From the NCBI RefSeq assembly GCF_964194025.1, contig NC_134471.1:26164001-26228000 (forward strand): a stretch of 64,000 bases of DNA, in the 5' to 3' direction. How positions within the stretch are numbered: position 1 is the stretch's first letter; each line of letters begins with the position of its first letter. The notes beneath the pieces were generated by a model that was given only the letters and a program-made list of their open reading frames with translations, was not told the DNA's origin and did not search any database. Source of the stretch: Convolutriloba macropyga. Lineage: Eukaryota. Both the position numbers and the translations under genes were made by a program. Positions 40,450 through 51,344 of this stretch are shown here, piece after piece.

Positions 40450-41510
40450 CATAAATTATAAAGCAAAGTCGGCTGGCACAGTTATATTTTGTGTTACAAC
40501 ATGGTGATATAAAGTGAGCTGAGAGAAAGCAAGAAGGAAACCCTCTTTACCCAGTTATACATTTGTGCTCGTTATTACAGTAAAGAACTTAACTGATTAA
40601 TAATGATTTCTCAAGTTCCACGCATCGTTGCCGATTCATTCTCTGATGTTACTCGACTCCAGCTTTCACCAACCTAAACAATTTGTAGCTGATTATTTAT
40701 GAAAAAACAGTCTCTTTCGAAGGTTAGTAGAGTTTAATTTTACATACGTTTTGATACCGCTTGTAGTAATAAATTGTTCCTTAAACTTTTCTGTGAGCAA
40801 AGCTTGCAACTATTAAATTATTTTGCGACAAGCAGATAAAAATTTTTGGGTTTATGATTTCGAGAAATTACTATATAAGTTCGTTTGCGTCTACAATGTT
40901 TTGATTTCACGGCGTTTATCGCTCATAATTGAAAATAAATTTTTGTTCCTTTGTAATTGGGCGCGTTTTCCGTTTTACCATGGCCTTCAGTTAGCTGTAT
41001 CCGCTGAAGCTAAATGTGAGAGAAAGCTGAGGTCAGGTGGGAGGGGGTGGGATGGATGATGGCAATTTTTTCAGTTCCACTAACTTAATCTTATTTTCAA
41101 CTCTACTTTATTTATACCATGTTTCAATTATGGGTAATTTTTACTTCTCGAAATGTAGCTTATGAGAGAAGGTCGTATAATTTCACATGCTGAAATTCGT
41201 GGATATTTCAAAACCAAAAATTTGTCATAAAATTGCTGTTTGATCGTTAAACCCTAGCCGTTATAATTGGCTATGACCGTATGGTAATTACGTTTGACGT
41301 AGATTGCAGACCACCGATAATCCCTCAAATTAACAGCTATGATTTACTGATAATACAGCCGATCGCTTTCGAGTTTCTTCAAAAGGTCGAGGAGAAACCA
41401 CCAAACACTTCCGCTGAAAGTTCTACAGAGAAAAAGCTCTGCTCATCATATCTGGCGTTGTCTGTTGTACCTTGACTCCTTGACCAAATCGAAGATATCA
41501 ACAGCAATCG
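40450..41510 (+). mobile_element. Possible fossil hAT transposase
   Basis: Ordered remnants: TD (~40590), C-x-x-H-S-L-M-L needing one frameshift (~40628-40655), RFDT (~40747, cf. RWNS), and IAFEFL...PNTSAESSTEKKLCS (ORF 41281-41475, cf. dimerisation motif A..yL..PaTSa..ER.FS). Confidence 0.3.
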
Positions 41511-42329
41511 AAATATATACATTTTTAATTTGCATCACAAAAAAAATTACAATTGTTTTTTGTTGTATTTGGTTCTGAATGGTGTTTGATAACTAATGGT
41601 CTATATCAACGATGTAAGGGTTTTTAATCATTTACATTAAAAAATTAAAGCAATTGAACCATTTTTGTAGCCAATAACATCGCAAAAGTTTCCGGTTATT
41701 GTATTTTGTAAAAGCGGATTTTTCCTAAAAAAAGCGTGGGGGGAAATAACGGAAAGATCCGATCTGAGAAGTATTCGATAACATTTCAGCCATTGTGAGT
41801 TTCGGAAAACTCTGCTTGTTAACTAATTTAGTTTTTTTTTGTATCCTTTCTGCTAGCGCCGACAGCGCTATGACGTTAAATTTTGCAACTTCAAAAACTA
41901 TTGCAATAACAAATAGACTATTTACATTTCATTGCAAGACGCTTGATTGAAGGCACTTTTAGAATGGTTTTCTCAAAATAATGACGAAACTACAGACGGT
42001 AAAGTAGCCTATAAGTCCAAAAATATTGCAATGCAAAAATTTTATTAATGCTTACATCATATGCAACATGTTTATTTCATACACGTTTCAGTTTGAAACA
42101 TTCGCCCTGCTAGTTTTTGATATTTTCGTTTTGCTTATGCATTTATATGTAAATTGGATGACGCGGTTAGAACCGAACGGGCGCAGAGTAGATTGTCGTA
42201 AAATGAGATTTAGAGTCGAATATTTCCTGTGCTCTGACTGATTGATCTTAAAGTCATTAATTTAGAGGCATACTTGAGAGATACTGAGTCTGATTAATTT
42301 TGAAAGAATTACTTTCCAGCAATTTTTAC

Positions 42330-42660
42330 AGAATTTTAAATTTTTAACAAAATATTTTTGTAAATTTTCAACTGAATATGTTTCGGAATTCTCAAATTTT
42401 ATTAATTTTTGAAAAATACCTAGGATTCTTATTTTCAAAATTTCCATAATCTATGCATTTATAAGTTTTAGTTATATTGTAACCAGCTGATGTCTTTTGC
42501 CGAGAAGGTATCAATGAAAACTTCATGAAAAAAGAGCGAATTATTAAAGAGCTTTTATTTTTTCGCCTCGCGAAGAAAAAATGGAGAAAATGTTTTAAAT
42601 TATTATTTTTTAAAAATTGATGTTTCTTCACAGACTTCGTTTCAGTATCTTTTTTAAAAA
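42330..42660 (+). repeat. Dispersed repeat, diverged copy of 45800-46090
   Basis: Shared collinear blocks actgaatat, attctcaaattt, aatctatgcattt, ctgatgt, aaggtatcaatg, aacttcatgaaaaa and gcgaagaaaaa. Confidence 0.7.
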
Positions 42661-44363
42661 AATTTACTGGCAAAATAGCGTAACGAAGTTCTATCCGTCG
42701 ACATAACCTACCACCGCAATCACAAATATGAAACAGGGGTTGCCGCCACACCGAGGCCTGGTGGAGCGCATCCTGAGTGCACATTATAGAGAATCAAGCG
42801 ACGACAGCTAATTAATTCGGCATTTAGTACGTTTGTTGTACTTTGATTTAAACCGATCAGATTACTTGTCCAATCGAATTTAAGCATTTGACTTTGATTC
42901 TCATTTCTTTTCGTTCGGCTCTGCTCCTGGTCGGCTCTACTTCCCAGCTCCATATGAACTTACTCACTTTTATATAGTATCTTTTAACGCATATGAATGA
43001 AGCATTAAAAAGATCCGTGTTTCTACTATAGAAACCATTTCAATTCTCCTGAACTAGTCTTAGGCTAATATCAAAGATAGAGAGTTCATCGAAGATAGAC
43101 AGAAATAGCGAAATATTTTTGTTGCTTGTGGAAACTCATTTTAATTGCCGAATAAAATTGGCAAAGTACTCAATTTGTTGAGTTAAACATATACGTGTTA
43201 AAAAGGAGAAATATTTTTGATTACAGAACTGTCAATTGTAGCTTTCTGTATTTTTTTTGACCGTCACCTCGAATAGTTTTTTTTTTCATTTTCAAACAGA
43301 TGGTACAGTCTACATAAAATCAACTTAAGTTCCTTGTTAGCAACAACTAATATCCCTACTTACACACAGAAACCTTTTAAATTGCTGTATTGTCGGCAGG
43401 GTCCATTTTTTCTAAAGCTATTTAAATTTGTTTGTTCTAAACGTTCGGAATTTATGCGCCCAAACGTGGGTCATAATTTTCGGCCCTTAGACTCTTTAAA
43501 AATTACAACTCTGTGGTAACCACAAGTGATGACAATCTAGCGAACAAGGGTGTCCGCTACTTTTTTCAAAAAAAACTTGCATATACACGTAAATCAGATT
43601 AAATCTTTGCGGTGAAAAGTTTGAGCTGATTATACGCTAAAAATTGAAACTGGGACTAAAATCAACTTGACATAGATTATTTTATAGTGTTCGATTGATT
43701 ATAAATTCGGAAATATAAATTTTCTCCAATTTAGTTTCTCTGTTTCTCTGTATGCGAAGTAACTGAGTATTAATAATAATCTTTTGAGAAGATTGAAATC
43801 GAACTTGGTGACATTTTTGCTTCTCTCTATCTCATCAATTGGCCGCCTTTTTTAATTCTCTCTTTCAGGCTTGGGCAGGGCTCAATAGGGTTGAGTTGGG
43901 TTCTCTTTGGGATGATGTAGGGGGGGGGGTTGAGGGAGTAGCAAGTGTATTTGCTTGGTGGGCAAACAAACAAACAAACAAACGCTTTCAAGTGTTTCCA
44001 ATTAATCCCTGTGCATTGGTGCCTTTGCCCACCCTAAATTTCAAAAGTGGTCATTCCACTTAACATGTGGGGATCAGAATTAAGTCGAGACCGGGCACAA
44101 ACAGGGTGGTAAACAAAGCAAGTAAATAGCTTTTCACTTTTAGCCCACTTTTTTCTGGGGGTGAAAGTCAATAGAAGCCGGCCCCTTAGACCGCCCCCAT
44201 GTTATTGCGCACTTTGCACAATAGGCCGACAAGTAGCGCTTTTGCTACCCTGCCTTATTTCTGTTTTTGTCTTTGCAATACGGCATTGTTCTAGACTCTG
44301 AATTGCTTTTATCCTAATTGAATGCTTCTCTTATTGTATTTGACTTTTCTCTTCTCATTTCTA

Positions 44364-44394
<31 letters not shown>

Positions 44395-44402
44395 TACACA
44401 CA
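44364..44402. repeat. (CA)n microsatellite
   Basis: Directly visible acacacac...tacatacaca run. Confidence 0.95.
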
Positions 44403-45081
44403 TATTTATCAGCACAAATTTCTTCCCCAATTTTTGTTCACTACTTTTCTTTATCTGACGCTAGTTTTTATTGTTTGCAAAATTATTTATCTCAAAAATT
44501 GAAGCTTCGTTTATTGTGATGGGTTGCTAGGCTATTGGGTTCTTATAGCCCCCTCTCAATATAGCTCACAAGTTGATGAGGTAACCCGAGCAAATCAAAG
44601 CAATATGTTTAATTCTGCCTGTCGCCAGTACCTGTCTGGACCATTATTTTGGTCACACTCGGCCAGTTGCCAATTTTCATACCTCTCACTCTAACAAAGT
44701 GTCATTAGCTGATTGCCTCTTTGTTGCAATAAACAAAAGCTGTTTACGCAAAATATTTGGTTTGATTACTGTACGAAAAATTGTTTAAAGGCTTGAAAAA
44801 TTTATTTGTGCTTAGTTTGTTCAGAAACAGTTGAAAGATTCCCTGTTCATATACAAAATCAGTTTTTGGCGATTATACTAAAATTGAAGCATTGATATTA
44901 TCAGCATTTACACAGGTAAGGTAACTTTTGAGAAGTTATAATATCAAGTACTCAATTATTGCGAACTTTTCCCCAGTAGCTGTTCAGGCGTAATAATCAA
45001 TCAAGGTGACATGGGTTGTGTTATTTAGGTGCTTTTCAGTATTGGTTCATAACGGTTTGTCTGAATATATATGCCCCATGT

Positions 45082-45139
45082 CTATGATCTACCAGAAATT
45101 GTTGATCTCACTATGATCTACGAGCACTTGTTGATCTCA
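45082..45139. repeat. 29-bp tandem duplication
   Basis: ctatgatctaccagaaattgttgatctca followed by ctatgatctacgagcacttgttgatctca. Confidence 0.85.
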
Positions 45140-45799
45140 CACATATTTTCAGAGTAGCAAGATCTGTGAAGGTGCAAAGATATTTTCTGCAATCCTGCTA
45201 TAGGACTGCAAACAGAAATGAAAAGCCAGTTTTCAATCTACTCAATTTTTCAGGCCTCTTGCAAATATCTCAAAATGGGTCCCTATGTGGGTCCGAGGTG
45301 CTTTTTAATCCTCAATGGCCGTTGAACTCGTTCGAAAGAAAAATTAGACCATAATGCGACGTTATGCAATTAATCCCAAATTGTATTCCGAACTCTATGT
45401 TGAGCATATTGAAATAAGGTCGTGTTCCAACTAAATAAGTAATATAAGGATCGGATTTCTATCCATTTTCATCTTCTCGCAATGATTTGATGAAATACAG
45501 AAATTGTTATCTAACTGAAATAAATTTTTGCTGGAGTGATGTTTTGTTGGAGCGTTCTATCCTATAGTGACAAGTGTTTTATGAATGCAGTTTTGTAGAA
45601 TTTTTTTTAAAAAAGTATCAATTTTTGTTATTTTTTTCTGTGTTAGGTATAGTGTCAGTCAATTATGTTATATCTTTTTCAAAGATAGCAAAATTTTGAC
45701 AAAAAAGCATTCAATGACAAATTTTGCTGTTTTGAAATTGTATAAGTTTGATTTATTAGGTTTTTTGCGTTCCTTACTGTAGAAATGAGACTCAGAAGT

Positions 45800-46090
45800 T
45801 GTGCATTTTTTAACTAAATGTTTTTCTGAATTATCTACTGAATATTTGTCCAGATTCTCAAATTTCACTTCTTGAAAAAAATTAAGATTCTCATTTCCAA
45901 AATTTGTAGAATCTATGCATTTAAACGCATTAGCTCTATTGTAGCCAACTGATGTTTTTGTCTGATTGATAAAAAGGTATCAATGGGAACTTCATGAAAA
46001 AGGGAGTTGATGATCAAAGAACCTTTTACTTTTTTGCCTTGCGAAGAAAAACTGAAGCAAAGTTTTTGAAAAATTATTTTTGTCTTTTTT
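45800..46090 (+). repeat. Dispersed repeat, diverged copy of 42330-42660
   Basis: Same collinear blocks as 42330-42660. Confidence 0.7.
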
Positions 46091-46109
46091 AAATTTTGTT
46101 GAATGCTTT

Positions 46110-46300
46110 TGCGTGACAGCCGAGAGGTAAGGTGTTCGATTCACACACCAATGATTGAGAGTTCAATCCTCTGCCTCCATGAAGCTGTCTGCGTGAGGAT
46201 GAGCTCTTACTTAACCATAGCTTCAGGTTGACCATAGCTTGACCAATGTTGGCCGCAATGATGGTACCACGTGAAAGTTTCAGGCGCAAAAAAAGTGGCC
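46110..46300 (+). mobile_element. tRNA-derived SINE
   Basis: A-box-like tgacagccgagagg (~46114-46127) and B-box gttcaatcc (46161-46169) at tRNA-like spacing, then a body (acttaacc...gttgacc...atggtacc) and an A-rich end. Confidence 0.6.
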
Positions 46301-48282
46301 ATAGTCACCAAAAAAGAGCAAGCAAAAATATGCACTTGGTTCACGGTAAACGTATCTAAAATTGCAAATGCTTTTGATTGCCAACTTTTTTGGATAACTT
46401 CAAGTTCAATTTTAATTACCAATCAGTTGTTTCGAGAATTTTTCAGCAGAATGGTTTTAAGATGATTCTAAAGGAAGCTAATTTAAATTGACCGTTTTTT
46501 GACAGAGAATCTTTTTTCCTTTCTGTTTTGCTAACAGTTTTCAAATTTTTCTGGTTTCCATGCCAATTTTTGGTTTCCATTTAATTATTTAATTTTGTTT
46601 CTTTTCTGCAGTTTTTTTTCTCCATTTGTAGTTGTAGAAACCTTCAGCGCCATTATGATAATTCAAATAGCAATCCAATTAATGGGAATTTACCAGTTGG
46701 GTGTTGAAAGTTGTTGTAAGATTTCTTTTTACTAGTCGTTTCAAAACTCATTGTTAGAATAATGCTTGATGTATTAAATTTTGTCGCCGAAGTATTTTCA
46801 GCATTGGCTTTTTAAAGCATCTGTGAGAAAAAAATTTAATTTGAAAATTTTTCCAATTTTTGGACCTCGGATCTACGAGGACAAATGTTTGGTCCAGTTT
46901 TTATTGCTATTCGCCCATTAAAATGTTGATTGAAATCCTGATTATTCTTCAAATTTTTCTTCAGATTTTCAGATCTGGTATCAATGGTCAAACTTGAAGA
47001 CGGTCAGACGACGAATAGGCAAAACTGTCTTTTTTCAAATTGTTCTGTGCGTAAATATTTGTACTAAGATTGAGCTAGAGATATAATAAAATAGAATATT
47101 TTGGTCGTTTCTGCATGTAAAAACGCAATCTTTTATCGAGCGAAAAGGAGGGCCAACTTTTATCACATTTTTGCTTTGTGGGCGGCGGTTCGGTTCCGCT
47201 TCAGTGCGCTTCGAATTAGTGACCTGCAATTACTCTTATTATTCAGCAGAATAAAGCAGAGCCTCTTTATTCGTTTACGTTGCTGCTTGAGTTTGGGAAA
47301 TAAACACGATAAAAGGAGACAAATAAAAATAAATAACAACTTACTTGTTCACTCTTGTGTGTTTGGCGTTGATGTTCTCTTTTATGTGTCTTTTCCCTTT
47401 CCGCCTCTTTAACTTCTGGGTGATCATTGTTTAGCCGACTAGAGTTCTTAGCCGAAATTTTCATCTTTTAAAAGCGATCTCCGGAAAGTCACGTAACCTA
47501 TTTGTTGTAACTTGAAGATTTTTTTGCTTGTTTTTGTCTACTGTTTTACATATCTGGCCGAGCTCAATTTTTTTCTGGTTTTAGAGTTTATTTTTTCGGC
47601 GAATAAGTGCAAATTCCAAATTAATCTTTTAAAAGCAGAAACGGTCCTAAAAGGGCGCACTTTAGTTTTTCTCGTTCTCTTCAAAAATTATATTTCGTAA
47701 GATTTTTTTCGGAAAAATTTGCCTTTTTGTTTTTATTTATGTATCATATTTTTCGGTTAATGGAGACAATTTCCAAACTGACTTTTGTCCTATTTTCCCA
47801 ATTTTTTGCTTCACCCTAGAACTTATTTGTGCTGGTGCACACCACAGAATTTATTCAATCTCTTCGCTCTTTGTTTCACGTGTTTGTTCTGTTATTGTTT
47901 AGCTCTTCTTCCATTTTGCCATTGTGCCCTCCCCTCACTTCCCAGCTTTTCATTCCACTTCTCAGTCTTTGTTTCAGTCAACTGTTACGTCATCTATTGC
48001 CTCAATTGTCCGAAGTATCAATTTGCAGAAGACACAAGAATTTAGTTATTAAGGATGAAATTAATTATTCAAAAATTGCTTATGCGCTAAAGATGTAGGG
48101 TTTTAAAATTAAGATTTTGAGCAGCTTTCATTGTTAATGTGTCAAACTTTTGATCATTTGCTATAATAAATGCATACGTGATATACATCAATTTTTAACT
48201 AACCAGTTTGAATTCCGTGGCGATCTTTATCTGGTGTTTGTGATAAAAAGTAATAGAATTACTTCGATACTTTTTGAGACAA

Positions 48283-48335
48283 ACTTATGTATACTTATGT
48301 ATAACTTATGTATAACTTATGTATACTTATATATA
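48283..48335. repeat. 10-11 bp minisatellite (acttatgtat[a])n
   Basis: About five tandem units directly visible. Confidence 0.85.
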
Positions 48336-48813
48336 AGTTTGGTCAACCCGGGTAGGCAGTTCTTGTATACTTTTTGAGAGAAAGCGTATCGATGAGTTGC
48401 CTTCCATTTCTTACGAAAAAGCATCGCAATACTCCATGTTATTCCAATTTTTTTTTTTACTATTTTGATGAAAATAGTAAAAGTAATTAGCTTTTTAAAT
48501 CAAAGACATTCACTGGATGTAATGATTCAGGCTGCTAGTTTTCTTTATTAATCTTCCTATTCATAAATTTTTGATCACTTTTGTCACTTTGGGAGATGAA
48601 AAACTGTTCGTATAAACTTTTAATCAGCTTCAGAGTCTAAAACCATTTGCAGAAGAAAATAGTTATTATTGTTCCGAGAGTGATTGAATGCTGTAGGTAT
48701 TACCACGTTGTGGCTTCTCTCTTGATTTTGGAACTTCCAACTCCACAAAATTAGTTGTTTGGCAAGGTATCGTTGCTTCTTTGTGAAAGGAATCAGTTTT
48801 CGTAAGAAAATTT

Positions 48814-48984
48814 GGATCTTTTCCGTTTTTGCCCCCCCCCCCCAGCTTAGTGGGTGCATATTATTTGCAACCCCCAGACGCACGTGCAATATTTTTACAT
48901 AATGATTTACTATGTAATGACACGTGCTCTGTCACTGGGGGGAGCATAACGTACTGGGGGGGGGGGGACAAACGGAAAAGATCC
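48814..48984. mobile_element. MITE with GG termini and 8-bp TSD (Merlin-like), copy 1
   Basis: TIRs ggatcttttccgttt..(C)n cag and ctg(G)n..aaacggaaaagatcc; perfect TSD gaaaattt at 48806-48813 and 48985-48992. Confidence 0.85.
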
Positions 48985-49452
48985 GAAAATTTATTTCTTG
49001 GCAATCTCACTAATATGTCTTACATTTTAGAAGAAAATTTGAACAAAAAAGTCTAAATACGAAGTTGTAAACTGTTTGTTTATGTAATGTTTGGATGATG
49101 AAATTATGTATCTTTCAATTTACGGCACTGTCATTTCGATTAATGTAGCACGCGCTAAGTTCACTTTTTATCTGAAAGATTTCAGTCATTATGCCAGCCG
49201 GCGGAAAATATTTTATTCTGAAAATTTCTGGGATCAGCTAGCGAATTAATAGACAAAAATTTGCTGAGATTCAGTATGTAAAGTTTTAACACAAAATTCA
49301 TTAGAAAAACAGTAAGAGTGAATTATTTTTTTTTGGTAAACAGAAACATACGTACAGAATAAAAATTCTCGTTTAAAAAACTACGCACATTTATTGGCAA
49401 AACATCCAAGAGTATACAACCGGCTGTCTAAGTCTCTGTAATAAATATTTTT

Positions 49453-49611
49453 GGATATATTCTGTTTCGGCCCCCAGTGTGTTTTACGCCCCCCAGTTAT
49501 AAATTATAAGTTGATATATAGCACGTTACTATGTAAAAAAATACCAAGTGCGCCTGGGGGCGTAAAAAATATAAGCCCACTAAGCTGGGGGGGCCGAACC
49601 AGAATAGATCC
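49453..49611. mobile_element. MITE with GG termini and 8-bp TSD (Merlin-like), copy 2, opposite orientation
   Basis: TIRs ggatatattctgtttcggccccc and gggggccgaaccagaatagatcc; perfect TSD atattttt at 49445-49452 and 49612-49619; internal cccactaagctggg is the reverse complement of cccagcttagtggg in copy 1. Confidence 0.85.
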
Positions 49612-49799
49612 ATATTTTTCTCAAGCAGCAGACCTCAGTTTAAAAAAATTGAAAATGTTAAAATGCGTTTGAAGATTACCCAAATTATACCTCTAAATAC
49701 ACGTTCCTTTAATAGAATTTGTCTTTTTTACTAGAATTTAAATTGACCAAAAACATATCCAGCTCAGTACTGCGCTTAATATAATTGGACTGTAGTGAT

Positions 49800-50050
49800 T
49801 CAGAGCTCTGATCATGTCACTTGCTAGACTTTACAGTCTAAAGACAAATCTTGTCACAACGTGCACTTATAAATGCAAGTCTTGGTCCAGACGCGCAAAT
49901 CGAAATCCAAGTCTTCACGAAGACTTTGATGTCGAAATGAAAGTCGTGCAACTCAAAATGCAAGTCTGGGCTAAGACTTGCACTTAGATTTACATGTCTT
50001 GTCCAAGAGTTGCATTTCGACTTGCAGGTCTCTGATAAGTCTAAAGGACG
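49800..50050. repeat. Cluster of short related palindromes (aagtct...agactt), probably a MITE remnant
   Basis: caagtcttggtccagacg, caagtcttcacgaagactttg, gcaagtctgggctaagacttgc and catgtcttgtccaagagttg within ~200 bp. Confidence 0.5.
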
Positions 50051-50179
50051 TCTCAAAATAGCCAGAGACAGGTCCGGAAAATTTGAAAATAAGACTAAAA
50101 GTTGCCATAAATAGGTCCGAAAAAGGGCAAAAATTAGCCAAAAAATTGTCTGAGAAATAGCCCTAAAGCGTCTCAGAAG

Positions 50180-51330
50180 CTCATTCGAGCCTAGAGACCT
50201 ACCTTATCCTTGGAGAAAAATCAATATCAGAGTTAGATTTTCAATATACAAAAAGATAAAATGCAACGCAAAATGAATAAAAAGGCATCCGAATGATCAA
50301 TTTATGGCATCCAAAAAAACCTTTCTTACCCTCCTTTTTTTCAAAGCTTTACCCACAAGTTTTGTTCAAAAAATTTCAGTTTTTTTCTGCTCACCGTTTG
50401 TGTCGTTACCAGATTGTTGGGTGTCATTTCCCGGTGTCCTCGACCACAGGACATGGTCAATTCTTGAAAATAACCATGCGCAAAAGTTCATGGTTAACCC
50501 TCATATTGAGCCAAAGCCCACCGGGGCAAAAGCAAATTTTACCTTCTGCTAGTTAGCAAATTTTGGAGTAAAATTGGTACGCAACTAGTTCCGACTTCTA
50601 AAGTTAGTTAAAAGACACATATGAAACTTACCCACAAATGATTGCAGACCAATATGTTGGAGCAGCAAATTTTTTTAAAGGATCGAGCGGTAGGCGAAGT
50701 GTAAAACCTAAATCTTTGATGGTAGCCAAAAATATTGAAGAAATCGAAGCGGCAACGGTCTCATTAAAACTGTCATAAAATAGGATTTAAAACGATGTTT
50801 ATGATTCTTTATTTAAAATAATGTTGTACAAAATAACGGCCAAGTCGATGCATGTGGATACAGGCAAAGGCCAAGCCAAAGCAGCTTGACCTATGTGCAT
50901 ACAGGTTAAATTTGGCTCGATCACGAATTTTTCAGTGATATTAGTACGCAGCTAGTTCAGCTCTATTAAGTTATTTAGGAAACTTTCATATCAATTTCTG
51001 AGCCCAAAAAATCAACTCCACAAAAGGGCATCGGCGATCGAGCCTGAATCATGTCCCCGTTTTCCGAAGCATAGATTATTAAATCTTCAATATTTAAGGA
51101 AATACTGAACCTATTGAAAAGGGAATTAGCTCGTTGGAAATGTCTTGAAATAAACTTTTACCTTGCAAAACATCAGCCAGTGAGCACGCTTTTTCCTCAA
51201 TGACTTGGTATTGATAGTTGGGCCGAGTGAGGTTTCTGATCAGATCAACCATTTTAGCCGGCAAATAAACCTGGAAATAAAAGCCGAAATTACAAAACTT
51301 CTCGAAGTTCAAAATTTTTACTCAAAATTG
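50180..51330 (+). pseudogene. Probable very decayed insulin-receptor-type tyrosine kinase domain
   Basis: Ordered remnants: LGEKS...TKD (~50209, subdomain I), VVTRLLGVIS (50402-50431, IV), QMIAD...RRSVKPKSLMV (~50635-50724, VI), PES (~51043, VIII), GISSLEMS*NKLLPCKTSASE (from 51122, IX-X) and PSEVSD...R...LLEV (~51223-51310, XI). Stops and frameshifts throughout. Confidence 0.4.
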
Positions 51331-51344
51331 TTTAGGAAACTGGT

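Noticed and set aside
46110-46180. Functional tRNA gene
   Set aside because: A and B boxes are present, but no clean acceptor stem or cloverleaf, no oligo-T terminator, and it is followed by a SINE-like body.
47785-48098. Hydrophobic/Cys-rich ORFs
   Set aside because: They arise from pyrimidine-rich low-complexity sequence, with no domain or exon structure.
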